Shown here in pieces: positions 1 to 11,420 of a stretch of 33,000 nucleotides of DNA. The stretch comes from Neoechinorhynchus agilis (lineage: Eukaryota; Animalia; Acanthocephala). The notes below the pieces were generated by a model. It searched no databases. It was not told the DNA's origin and saw only the letters and a program-made list of their open reading frames with translations. The translations under genes and the position numbers were made by a program. How positions within the stretch are numbered: the stretch's first letter is position 1; every line of letters begins with the position of its first letter. The stretch spans positions 2,700,797-2,733,796 of the forward strand of contig CM121342.1 of assembly GCA_051530055.1 (NCBI GenBank), read 5' to 3'.

Positions 1-3000
1 CAAAGTGAAACTATCCAAATCGCAGCTATGATACTATCTTCATTGAACATTTGCACTGAAGTTGAACCTTTCATAACGGACGTGTAAGATGTTACAAATG
101 CATTATAGAACGTATTGAAGTGTTTGTTTGAGTGAAATAACCGAATGCCGGAAATGGCGAATACGCTTAGATTTACCATATAAAGAGCGACTAATACTAC
201 GAATCCCCTAGTTGACTCCCGAATGGTTTCCGTTAATAGAAATGTCTTTGGGTTGAATTTTAGAAGGTTTAATAGTTTAAGAATCGACACGAATATCATG
301 AGACCTTGTAGCGAATGAATAACATGGTCATTAAAAGCCATAGCAAAGTAATTGACGAACGCTATGTTCACATCAACGGCGTTATCGTCGTTATAACGTT
401 GAAGATATGCCTGAAACCCATGGAATCCGAAATAGCAGAATGAAGTGAGGATTAGGCTTCCGTCTAGCCAATTGGCGAAAGTTGACACATAAGCCCAAAC
501 TCCCCGGTATCCGTATCCTTTTGTAAGACTTGAAAACTGGATGACTTCATTGATAAAATAGGCGAATATTGCGAATCCGTATATGTAATTGGCGAATTCA
601 ACCACGTTTGGAAGGGCTCTACTCTGCTGCGCGTGAACAGTCGTGTGTATGAGCTGTAGACGTTTTTCCAAATACCCAGTCCTCATAAGTTCGGCACTTA
701 ATGTAAATCCGGTGATAATGTTCGTGTTTGGGTTATAAATGTTTCCATCGACTAAAAGAAGTTGAGTACGATCATCAATCCATTGTCGTTCCGATAGTTC
801 AAGAAAAGTTCGCTGTCTACTGCACTGTTGTGGAGTATCTTTAGGCGCAAGGACCATCATATAATAGACCGGGATTGATCCGTATTGGTCCGTAAACGTT
901 TTGGAAGGCCATCCAGGACGTCGAAGAACACGTTTCCATGGCAAGTGCGCACATCGGCAAGGTGCGTATTGTCTGTCCCATCCTGTACAGTTGTAGTTTC
1001 CAGAATAATAATGATCGAAATTAAGGTGGTCCAAATCGGCCCTGCATACTTTAACCCCTCTACCTTTCGAAAATATTAAATCTCCTAATTTTGTTCCGTT
1101 TTGGTTATGTGACATCTCCCATGGAACGTGATTGCATTGAAATCGCTTTATTCGCACTTGCCTAACTCTTACGTTCTTTAGAACATGGAAAGGCTCCAAT
1201 GGAACTTGAGCCAAATTACACGCAGATTGAGCCGTGTTCAGAGTGTTATTGTCTGGCACGTCGCACCAATAGTCAAGACGAGTTTGAAATAATTTTTTCT
1301 CTAATACGTCGCCGACCCATAGAAAAGCTTCTCTTATATTCTTAGCATTCTGAAATCCTCCTTCAGATGTGAGAAACTCCCGTATTGTCGTATGAGTCGA
1401 ATGAAACGAACGAACGTTCTCCATTCCTCGCAACGAAATAATTATGACTAAAATGAGGAAAAGCATGTAGCCAATCAGGTCACGAATTGCTTCTATCAAA
1501 CTATTTTCCAGCATTCGCTCACGTATATTGGCTTCGGCGAGTTGTTTTGCCTTTTCACTGATTTGAACACTCTGCATTTCTACTGCTGACGATGTGAGGT
1601 GACCCATCTGACCAAAAACACTGGTTGAAATCTGAGGGTTGTAGTTTATTGGAAATGGTATTTGTGGACGGAAATACGTTTCGTCAGTCTTTTTGAGCGT
1701 CAATGCGTTTAGTATGCATAAAATTAAAATCAGGATTATGCTCAATATCAACGCGAATATTGTCGACACTGCATGGTCTGCTAGAACAAGGAATAGTTGA
1801 ACGTAGTTAAGGTTCTCTGCTCCAACAAGAATATATAAACATAAAAGAACACATGATACAATTAAAAAGAATTGAACGATAAGATTAAATACTTTAAACA
1901 CGTTGATTAGTCGTCTAGATCGTACTATGGCTCCCGTCTTCGGTCTAAGAGTGCTGTTCGTATTTATGTTCATATTTTTAGATGTGCTTTCGTCAGTAAG
2001 AGTCGTGGTCGATTCGTCGGAATCAGAATATTCTTGAGGTACCAATTACCGTCCGATTATATGTATTTAACCTAATTTGTACTTTCAATTTATCTAACCA
2101 ATGGAAATTTTAGTCAGTACATTGGAAATTTTTTTGTGGATGTATCACGAACCAATTAAAATTCTAGATTGCATTAAACTTTGAAACCACTTGCCAAAAA
2201 TATATTTAAACTAGAGTTTGTATGGAGTTTTCAAAAATTCATAAATCTTTAATATTGAAATATTTGTTATTAGTGTACTTCTGATCCATGATTCGACTCT
2301 TCATTGTCATAATTATAGAGCTTTTATAAAAAAAATTTAAATTAACTGATAAACAAAAAAAAGAAAGTTGTTACCCGTAGTTTATTTGGTAAATCGGGCG
2401 GTAAATTTAATTTTTCTACCGATTCGGCTTGCAAATTACGTTCGTATTTCTTTTCAATCAGAACATTTAGACCAGTTTTGTTCATGATGCTTTCTTCAAT
2501 GTTGATTTCCTCGCCAATAACGTCGAGAAGTTCGTCATTTACTCCTTGATCAACATAAGCTTCATTGAGATCGCTATGGCTTTGTTGTTGCTGTTGAATA
2601 AAACGGTCAATAAGGTCAGTATTTTCTTCTTTGCGAATGAGAAGATTTAAAAGACCAGGAGATATTCGAGGTTTAGAGTGTAAAGCTCGCATAGAATGGA
2701 GATGCCGACAGAGATTTAGTTGTCGTTTGTACCTTTGATGATCAATGGTGATTGATTGAACAATCAAAGGAATGTCGTCAGCATTAAAAAGAAATTCATC
2801 TGGAGTTCCGGTTCTCCAAACGGTGATATTACCAGTTTTCCGTTTTCCTACATTATCGTCAACTTGATGAGCTCGATCACCGATGTATTCACATAGCCAG
2901 ATCAGCAGGAACGGAACGATGCACATTACTAATCCAACGTAGATTGAGGAACGCAGGATATCATATCGTGCCAAATACCAATTATCCAGCATTCCTGAAT

Positions 3001-6000
3001 CTTCCGATAGTTTTAGCCAGATTCTAGTTAACGGTGGAGCACTAACGATCCATTTACATAGCGCAAGCTGCATAAGAACCACAAAAAGGATAATTTCGAA
3101 TCTTCGTAAGCGCGAGCACCGACTACGCATTTGCTTGCGAAAAATCGATATTACATATTGGTAATGAAAAAGGAGCCAACAAAATCCACTGATGAACAAG
3201 TGTCCAAACGATGTATAGTCTATTTTTTGTGACCGTTCAAACACTCGATTTACAATACCACCTCCTCGTTGAGCACTAAGCCATTCGTATCCACAAAAAT
3301 AGGAAGTTCGGTCGTTATAGAAATCGTAAACAATGCAGTGTCGTAGATACCAACTGGGATTAGGACCGGATTCGTCATGCCAGAAATTAATAGCTCTCAA
3401 ATCACCAAGATCGGCGTAACTGGACATGATAAATGTATCAGCGGATCCCCGTTTAAAAATATTGTTTCGTTGATCATGAACGCTTAGGCACCGAGCTACA
3501 TCTATTCTACGAGTCCCAATCAATCGAACATAGATATTGGCTTTTGAAGTAGCGCTGGATTGAAGCCCGGTGAAAGTGGATATTTGGTACAAATAAGGAG
3601 CATTGAAATCGCAATCGGCTACTGGGAACGCGGCTGGTTTTGCAGCATCGGCACGATCTCGAGCCAAAACTGCTGGAAGCACGAATAAATGAAGAGTTAT
3701 CACAATGAGAATATAAGCGATCATCACGTAAAATCCTCTTGATTTCTGAACTTCGTCTATTCGTAATGGTAATCGATTGGCGAATGCAATATAATTGTAG
3801 CCTGTTAGACAAACGCATGTGACATGAGGGGTGTACGCTCGAACTTTTTCTTCTATTGGTTCGTATATTGTTTGATTCCCTAGCTGGACATTGGGTGTAT
3901 GCTGCTTTGGAATACCTTGCTGGCATACATTTTGTATTACTGTTTGGTAGAATGTCGCCAAATCAAACGATTGGTGAGCAATGCATGAAGATTCGAAAAG
4001 TGTGAAGTTTACACAACTCAAACTGCTTTCGCATTTTATCCTTGAGATTTTTTTAAAGAGTAGAAAAAAGGCATACATTTTTTTGTTTATGCAATTAAAA
4101 TATGGGATTTATCAAGAAACTTTAGAATTGTGGTGATGATATTCACGGTTGTTTATGGGGTGTAAAAATTATAAGAATTTTACTAAATTCAAATATTTCG
4201 GCGCAAAATCTTGTGCTTTTATCAAGGTTCATTGTAAGGTTTTTAACATATGTAAGTACAAGCAACCTTGAAAGAGACACAAGACCGTGCCTTAGAAACA
4301 AAACGCCATAAACAAGCACTTCTAACTACATAATCCGAAGGATTTTCAATACATTATGAAGAAATAATTGTGTTTTTGTTTGAAGTTAAAAAAATAACTA
4401 GTTTATAAGTGGGAAAATACAAATAAAATGAGTCGAATGTATGCAAACTTTAGAATCCCTTTTGTCAAAGATTTGCCCCTACAAAAAGTGAATCAATATT
4501 TGGTTTAAATATTCGAAACGCTTTTTTTCTCGATATTACTTGCAGAGCTTGTTAAATATTATCGCTCGTAATTTTTCGGATTAAAAAGAGAGAGAGGTAT
4601 TGTTGAGCGAGTGTATCTATTTACTCATTGGACGAAATGCACTAATCCAAGGTACGGACTTCTCAATGGCAATTTTGACGATTAGACATACTTTGGAATT
4701 CGTTTTCGCCTCCACCGTGACTGAATCGATTTGAGAACGTGAATTGGTTCCATTGATTGTGGACGAGAAATAATACCAACTGACGTTCGTGAATTGATTG
4801 CGGATTTCAAAACAATGATGGCCAATGGTTAGTTTCCCTTGTAAAGTGATACGCCGAACCAATTTCAAATTGCCAAATCGCAATGTAACATGAGAGGCGT
4901 ATTGATTAGTAATGAAACTCATATTGAGTGTATGGAGGTGATCGCAAAGATAGAAATTATGAAATCGAGGTGTTACAACTGGATCTTCCAATGGAACTCG
5001 GATCATCAACATTCCTTTTGATAGGGGTTTATCAGTTTGCTTTTGGCCAGCATATTCTCTCCTGATGCTCTCGGCTCCTAATAAAGCAAAGATCATTTTC
5101 GGCTTGCTTATTCCATAATCCAATCTGTCGAGTGTAACCAGTTCATTTAAAAATAGAATAAATGTCGCAGGATTCCTAGTCAATTCCGCTCGTGTAAATC
5201 CTCTTAAAACCATAGCAATAACGTCGGATTGAAATTGCGAGCTTCGCATACGAATCACTCGAAAAGTCCGACCCCCATCAAATGCTGTATTGTTGATCAT
5301 TAATTCTGTAATCAATTGATTAGCGATCCCGAGAGCGCTCAACGTGCTATCGATGTCTGAATCCGCGATATTTGAATAAATACCACCCATGTCTCGTTCA
5401 AAACGTGCCATATTGGCTTCGGCATAGTACCATCTAACATTGTCACTCAATTGTATCAAAGTGGTAGAAATCATTTTACGGATCTCACAACTCCGGATAG
5501 TCATCAAGTATCGGTTTATCAAGAATCGAGTTGCACTTCCGACAGTTACAGGCGTATTCAGCATTAAACTGAACAGGTTTGCTAGATGCTCTGCGGTGTA
5601 TTTATCATTACAAATATCAAGTTTTATTTTTAACAAAAATGCCGAAAGTTTGTCGTTGATTGCAAGTGCTGATCGGCACGGAGATGAGTACTCGGTGGAC
5701 TTGGTTACACACAGCTTCTCTACAGCTCGAACTATGCTTGTCACGCGAAGAACAATCGTTTGCAAGACGGTCTTCCATTCAAATCCTGAGCACTATGATT
5801 GGATCGACATTTAAAGTCGACTAAGCGAAAAAAAACCCGTTTTAATGCCCCAAGGATTAACTTCGGACTTTTTGTGCAAGATACAAATTAAAAAATTCAA
5901 CCAGTTCCCCAAAACAGGATAAAATTCTGGCATTTCGATCAAATCAAAGCGCTTATCAATCGAGGGTCGTACTGCACACGATGAAGCATTTTGTGCATGT

Positions 6001-8376
6001 TGTCATTAACTTTGTTCAAGTGTTCAAACGATCTACTAAAGAATACCAGAATACGGTTATAGGTTATTATTTCATTATAATTCGGCGGTAGAGATATGAG
6101 CTCGTATATTCGTACAATACTCGGTCGTTCCAAAGAACTAACAATAATTTTTAACGCATAATTCATTGATATATCGCCTATTGGCATCGAAGATAACAAT
6201 ATATCATGTTCATCCATGATTCTTATCCCGTCAATTGTTTGTAGCTTTTTTCTGACTGGGGTCGTCAACAATTCCAACTCATTAGCTATCATCGGATGCA
6301 TGAGAATTCCACTGTGGACGAAGATACTAACACGTAGAGTCATCTTTACATACATTGATCGGCATTTAAGCCGTAGATTATCCCTCAATGCAGTAACAAC
6401 TTTCCTGTCGAATTCACAATATAGAAGGTGGTCGTCGGCTCTTCGAAGCGATCGAACTTGGAATTGAAAATCGGAATGTTCGCCGCATTTGCCTTGTATA
6501 GTCACGAGACCAGAAAGGGTATTGCGAATCAACATTACTATACTATCATTTTCAAATCATGGATGATATGCTTTTTCAATTTCGTCCGCCGATGACTCGT
6601 AACCAAAAGAGACGGAATATTGCTTAATGGAGTAGGAAACTCATTGATGAATCCCCATATCGGTTGACTGTGTGCAGAAGGGAAAAATAATCAACCGTAC
6701 TTAAATATTAATATAAAACTATTCGATAAAATCGGTGAAAAGCTAATTAAAAGAACTGTACATGGAAAAAGATATATCATCCATAATGCATTCGTTCCCG
6801 TCTTCTGAACCATTATATCCGGTTTACGGGTATCACTCCCTTTGTACTGCTCCGGTATTTCTAGCTGAATCGGACTCCCATGTTGCTGACAAAAAACCCT
6901 AACAACCGAGAATGGATTTGCGTAGACCATTAGATGGGATTTGACTGTCCACTCACAATGCGGAACCAGACACTCGATTCTGAACATCTCGAGAGGATTG
7001 AGAATTCTTAAAAATTTCATGTATTCGTAATCAAGGGCAATGCTTGAGTGTTCAATCGACGGTCTAACCCTGACCGCGACAATCACATCACCCGCTTGTT
7101 TAATATCAGCCGATTTTACCGTGACTTCAGATTCAGTACTACTCTCCTGCTTCCAGATTCTAAAACTTGAAATATTTTCGATGTCTTTTAATTCAGCCCA
7201 CATCCAAGTGATGGTTGGATTTAGTAGTCCTTCAGGTACTTTCATGCTAAATTTAAGGAAGTCGATCTTGACTCGATCAAAGTTTAGCGGAGAACTTAAA
7301 TTAAATTCCTTTCCGGACAACTGAGAACCATCGCGTTGAACAATGGCTGCATCTATGGTCATTTGTTCAGATGGAATAGATATCACGTCATCTGTTAGTG
7401 ATTTTTGGACACAGAATCTAACTGCCCGGTTTCCAAAGTTACTTCTACAACTAACAGATTGGTAGATATAGAGTCCTGATGTTAAATTAGTAAGATCAAA
7501 AGTGAAAGATTGTTGATAAACCTGACTTTTGAACGCGAATTCGTATTCACCTGTCATTCGCACAAATCCTTTTCCTCTTAGAAGAAGTGATATTTTTAAT
7601 TCACAAAGCCAATCGACTACTCGGCATCGATGAGGATTCTGCCTCACGAGCAAATGATTATTGAATCGAGCTTTGGCAAATGTTCGAATCTGGTATGCAG
7701 GATTTGCAGCAAAAAAAACCGCGGGAAATGTTGTGCAGCTCGTTGTTCGTACATCAACCTCAAAATGAAACGAGTCTACCAATTGATTATTTGCGAGTAG
7801 GGCGCTAACTATATTATTGTATCCAGCGGAAGCGAAAGCAATCTGTTGCTCCATCCACATTCCGTACCGTAGATTCGCCCAAACAAACTGAATGACTTTG
7901 GGACTAAACCAACCATTATGTTCAAAAACGCGAGAAAACAATTGGAAATCCGTATCTGCTAGACTGTTCCATTCGCCGGCATTGCTACTTTTAAGAGTAT
8001 TGTTCTTAGTTTTGCCGAGCCATACCATAGAGCCAGTGTCAAGAGTCCATGGTCCAATTCTAAGACAAAGTCTATGAAGATTTTGCATGCCTTTCAAATC
8101 GCAAATGTGTGGATTTTGAGAGTCGTCAAGGCAGAACCGTATTATGTATAAAGTTCCTGGAACATTGAAGTTCGTCTCGGTGTTCTCACCACGAAACGTT
8201 CCTGAGACTGCGACTGCCGCCATTATCTTGAGAGGATTTCCTCCGAGGAATTCGTTTATGTCCACTGATTTAGAACTGCAAACGCTTGTAAACACCGGAC
8301 TTTCTAGTATTTCATCACAATAGTCACATTGGACGTGTGAGAAAAACAAACAACCAACTAGAACACTGAGAAGCAT
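1..8376 (-). CDS. Polycystin-1 family (PKD1L/PKDREJ-like) 11-TM protein, >2300 aa, 3' end outside the window. Inferred exons: 8376-6785, 6557-5955, 5787-4644, 4027-2409, 2040-<1
   Basis: Signal peptide MLLSVLVGCLFFSHVQC; REJ/GAIN-like ectodomain; GPS-like HVTCVC then TM1 (..LARDRAD); PLAT domain (YLYQISTFTG..FKRGSADTF..WHDESGPNPSWYL). Hand translation shows an open frame from 2040 to 1, absent from the ORF track probably because it has no stop in the window. It contains TM4/5, TOP-domain motifs VRVRQVRI and WIDDRTQLLLVDGNIYNPNTN, and S4-like ILKLLNLLKFN. Joining the five ORFs relies on removing four hairpin inserts. Confidence 0.88.
2041..2408 (-). other. TA-bounded hairpin insert (non-canonical intron/IES-like) E1 in PKD1-like gene, 368 nt (362 nt if it starts at 2402)
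   Basis: Sense ..aaa tT|Aaatttaccgcccgatt...aatcggacggtaattggT|A cct. Plus-strand arms aattaccgtccgatt (2044-2058) and aatcgggcggtaaatt (2392-2407). Removal gives VEKL|PQEYSDSDE in frame. Confidence 0.72.
4028..4643 (-). other. Hairpin insert E2 in PKD1-like gene, 616 nt
   Basis: Sense tgg atT|Agtgcatttcgtccaatgag...ctcaaggataaaatgcgaA|Agc. Plus arms gcattttatccttgag (4031-4046) and ctcattggacgaaatgc (4624-4640). Removal gives VPWI|SSLSCVNF. Exact boundary less certain. Confidence 0.58.
5788..5954 (-). other. Hairpin insert E3 in PKD1-like gene, 167 nt
   Basis: Sense ttg aT|Aagcgctttgatttgatcga...tcgatccaatcatagtgctC|A gga. Plus arms 5789-5807 and 5935-5953 are complementary at 16/19. Removal gives YDPRLI|GFEWKTVLQT. 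Confidence 0.7.
6558..6784 (-). other. Hairpin insert E4 in PKD1-like gene, 227 nt
   Basis: Sense gca tT|Atggatgatatatctttttc...gaaaaagcatatcatccatG|A ttt gaa. Near-perfect ~19-bp arms (6559-6577, 6765-6784). Removal joins two frames: GTNAL|FENDSIVMLIRN. Confidence 0.8.
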
Positions 8377-8532
8377 AGTCTACAAGTGCCTGTATTTATG
8401 GTGCTTTGGCTATGCGGAAATGGGCGGTTGTCATGGCGACTGTGCGTGTAAGCCTGTTCCCCTCCAAAATGCTTGACGTGAAATAGCTAAAAAATGTCTT
8501 GTTTATATAATCTGAATTTTTTTTTGCTTTTT

Positions 8533-8946
8533 AAAATGGACATTTAGGCGGCTTGTTGTAATGACAATGAAGAAAAGGGCTTCATTTCGGGGGCTTCAGC
8601 CGTGTTAGGGCTTCTTCGGGAATAATAACACGTTTATTTGTTAGTTAACAAAGAAAAGGACCCATGTTTCTTTGGGTTCTCATGAACACCCGAATTCGCA
8701 GGAGAGATTGTGAGGTTGGGGTTTTCCTCCGGTTAATGATATTTTAAAATGTTGATGTCCAAACAGATCTTGAACGTTATTTCGTTCTTGTGATAGAATT
8801 GGTGTTTGTCGATTAGTTTATTTTGGTTGGTTAATTACGAATAAAAAGCTCATACAATTCCCGAAGAAGTCGTAGGACGGCGAAAGCCCCCGAAATAAAG
8901 CCTTTTCTTTATTGCCATTACAACAGCTCGCTTAAGTGTTAATTTT
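8533..8946. mobile_element. TA-bounded foldback/MITE-like element, 414 bp, arms ~110-120 bp, intergenic upstream of the PKD1-like start
   Basis: Left aaaatggacatttaggcggcttgttgtaatgacaatgaagaaaagggcttcatttcgggggcttc...cttcttcgggaat is an imperfect reverse complement of right attcccgaagaag...gaaagcccccgaaataaagccttttctttattgccattacaacagctcgcttaagtgttaatttt. TTAA context at both ends. Confidence 0.8.
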
Positions 8947-9648
8947 AAAAAAACAAAACTTGATCAATCATGCGGCAAATCAAGTAGTATTTCACAAGAC
9001 TTTAAAAACCTAGAAACAAAAGCATAAAGGAAATCGGTGTGATATTGGCACAATAAAGACGTCTAGAAACTATGAGGACGAAAAAATAAGCTAACGTAAT
9101 TTTGGAAAAATTGGATGAGATAGAGAAACTTCTCTCAAGAAAATTTTAAATACTAAGATCGTTTTGTATGACGGCGTAGGACCTCGCCAATCAATTGCGC
9201 AAGAGACTCAGACGAATCACTGATGATCCGTGGACAGGAGAATTCCTTCTTGCAACGGTCAATTAAGCGATGATGTGAATGTTTATAAACTATTCAGAAT
9301 CAATAAATTTCCCACTGACATGCCGTAAAATGAATTAAGTTTAATTTTGTATTTAAATCTATAAGCCGTTTAAGTTAGAATTAAACCAATTTTGGGGTGC
9401 AAATACACACATTTTTATTCAATTTTTGCTCATAAAATGTGTAGCCATAGACAACTTTGTTTTCGGATTCAGATGACTATTCGCTAATCGACTTTTTTGT
9501 GTCTTTAAAGAGCTGCCCTTTTTTTCGGAAATATCAAGCAATTTAATACCGAACATTGGTTCGTTCCATTCATCGTGTCTAACCGTTCGCTTACTTGTTT
9601 CGGCTATCTTGCGAATGGCACTACTCATGCTGCTAAACTCATTTCTCT

Positions 9649-10341
9649 TTATTCCTCTTCACTTTCCTCTTCCTCTTCAGATTCATCACTGCGCCTCTGT
9701 TCCTCTTCAACGGATGCAAACGAAGCTTTTCGTTCTGGTTGAACTTCCTCCTGACGCTCCTCCTCTATTACTGAAGATGGTCCACGAGATCGTCGTGAAA
9801 TGGGTTCCGATTCATGATGAGTCTCGACTTGTCTGATTTTCGCTTTCGGTTTCTCGATTGGAGCGAGATCCTTTGGCTCAGTGAGCTCTTTTTGCATTTT
9901 TAGAAAGGCATCACGTCTTTCCTGGAAAGATCGTCTATCTGTCACTCGTTCGTAACGACTGAACAGAGATACTTTTGGTGGTGCAGAAGTGTACTGATCG
10001 GCTAGCCAATCAAAAGCGCTTCCACCAAGACCCGTATGGACAACATTCGACTTGCGGGTTTTCGCCTTTCCTTTCTCGATCTGTCTCGCTCTTTCAGTCA
10101 ACTCAACCATATCGTACTTTTGACGCTCATATCTCTCAGTCAAATCATAGATTTGAGAATGAATGTTTGTGAGAGCGTGGTGTAATTTTTTGGCCATTTG
10201 AACCAAATCAGTTTTCGATTTCCCATCCAAATCTAATGGAATAATGCGAGTCTTCAGGACTTCTCGCCTCTCTTGCTCTAATTGTTGAGGAGATTTCTGA
10301 AGGTCCTCTTTTGCCTTTAATACATTCGTGAACTTGGACAT
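9649..10341 (-). CDS. TnT: Troponin T (protostome-type), apparently the C-terminal T2 half only, 230 aa from ATG 10341
   Basis: KFTNVLKAKEDLQKSPQQLEQERREVLKTRIIPL..YDLTERYERQKYDMVELTERARQ..PPKVSLFSRYERVTDRRSF matches invertebrate TnT motifs; acidic C-terminal tail. Upstream exons cannot be excluded. Confidence 0.85.
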   Translation of the reverse strand: MSKFTNVLKAKEDLQKSPQQLEQERREVLKTRIIPLDLDGKSKTDLVQMAKKLHHALTNIHSQIYDLTERYERQKYDMVELTERARQIEKGKAKTRKSNVVHTGLGGSAFDWLADQYTSAPPKVSLFSRYERVTDRRSFQERRDAFLKMQKELTEPKDLAPIEKPKAKIRQVETHHESEPISRRSRGPSSVIEEERQEEVQPERKASFASVEEEQRRSDESEEEEESEEE

Positions 10342-11420
10342 GTTTGCGGATGCGACTGTGGAAGTTTTGGTTGCGACCGAGTAAACCAAAACACGAACAC
10401 CGACTCTATATCTCTGTGTTTTTCCTCGTCTTAGTCGTTATTCTTTTTGTTATCTCTCTCCTCGTGTAGGCTGCACATCGCTATTTTTGCCTCTTGCGCT
10501 CAAGAACACCAAGAGGATGCTGCATAAACAGGTTATTACACTTACGAGATAAAAAAAAGAACATGGAGATACTCGAGAAGTCCACGGGGAGAGGAAGACG
10601 AATTATGCCATCAGGCAATGCTGGAAATGCCGCATGAGAACACATTTTCCTTCTAGCAATCTCGCATTCAATCTCCTTCGCCTATATGATGCTAACTTCT
10701 TTTTATATCAATTTTTTCAACCTAAATAGAGTTGTCGCCGCTACAAACTATCGTTAAAATTCTAAACTTCAAATGTTGTTTTTATTTGAACACTTACATA
10801 TATTATTATTTACAAACAATTTTATAAATCATCCATACTGGAAAAAATCCTATTTTTAAATTTGTCATAACCATACTAAGAAGGCGTGACATATTTTATC
10901 AATTTGAAATAACTCATCTTTAGAATTATGCTCTACCATAATTCTAAAACCTTTTTGAATGACAGATGAAGCGAAATTACCTCGCGAAATATTGTTGAAT
11001 ATTGTTTTTTCCTCAAAATATTCAATGAACTCTTCTTTATTAATGCCGAAATAAGTTGAAAACGCAATTTAACAGATTAGCTTATTTGGAAAACTCTTTG
11101 AAAGTAAAATTATACGATCGTGGAAAACAGAATTTAAGTGTGACCGACTTTCTAAAATTCCGCTGATCATAATTATACATTTGCAATTAGAATGGAACGT
11201 CGATTATCTAAAACTTCAATGTAAAATTAACAAACAATGACTGATGAGCCGAAATTACCTTATAAAATACTTCAAATAAATAAGAAAAATATGAAATCCC
11301 AAGGATTATGCTAATCACAATTCCGACTTTGTAAATGTCTGATCGCTATTTCTTTGTTTAGAAATGGAGTTCCAACACTAGTTTACTATATTTATTTCAA
11401 ATTATCGCACAAAATTTGCT

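Noticed and set aside
885-1079. Short ORFs antisense to real genes (also 5440-5814, 6216-6467, 7040-7324, 9609-9836, 12510-12800, 16754-17050, 31002-31553)
   Set aside because: Shadow frames of confidently identified genes, with no recognisable motifs.
10364-10392. 9-bp hairpin gttttggtt/aaccaaaac upstream of the TnT ATG
   Set aside because: No T|A..N|A ends and no frame restoration; probably a chance or UTR stem.
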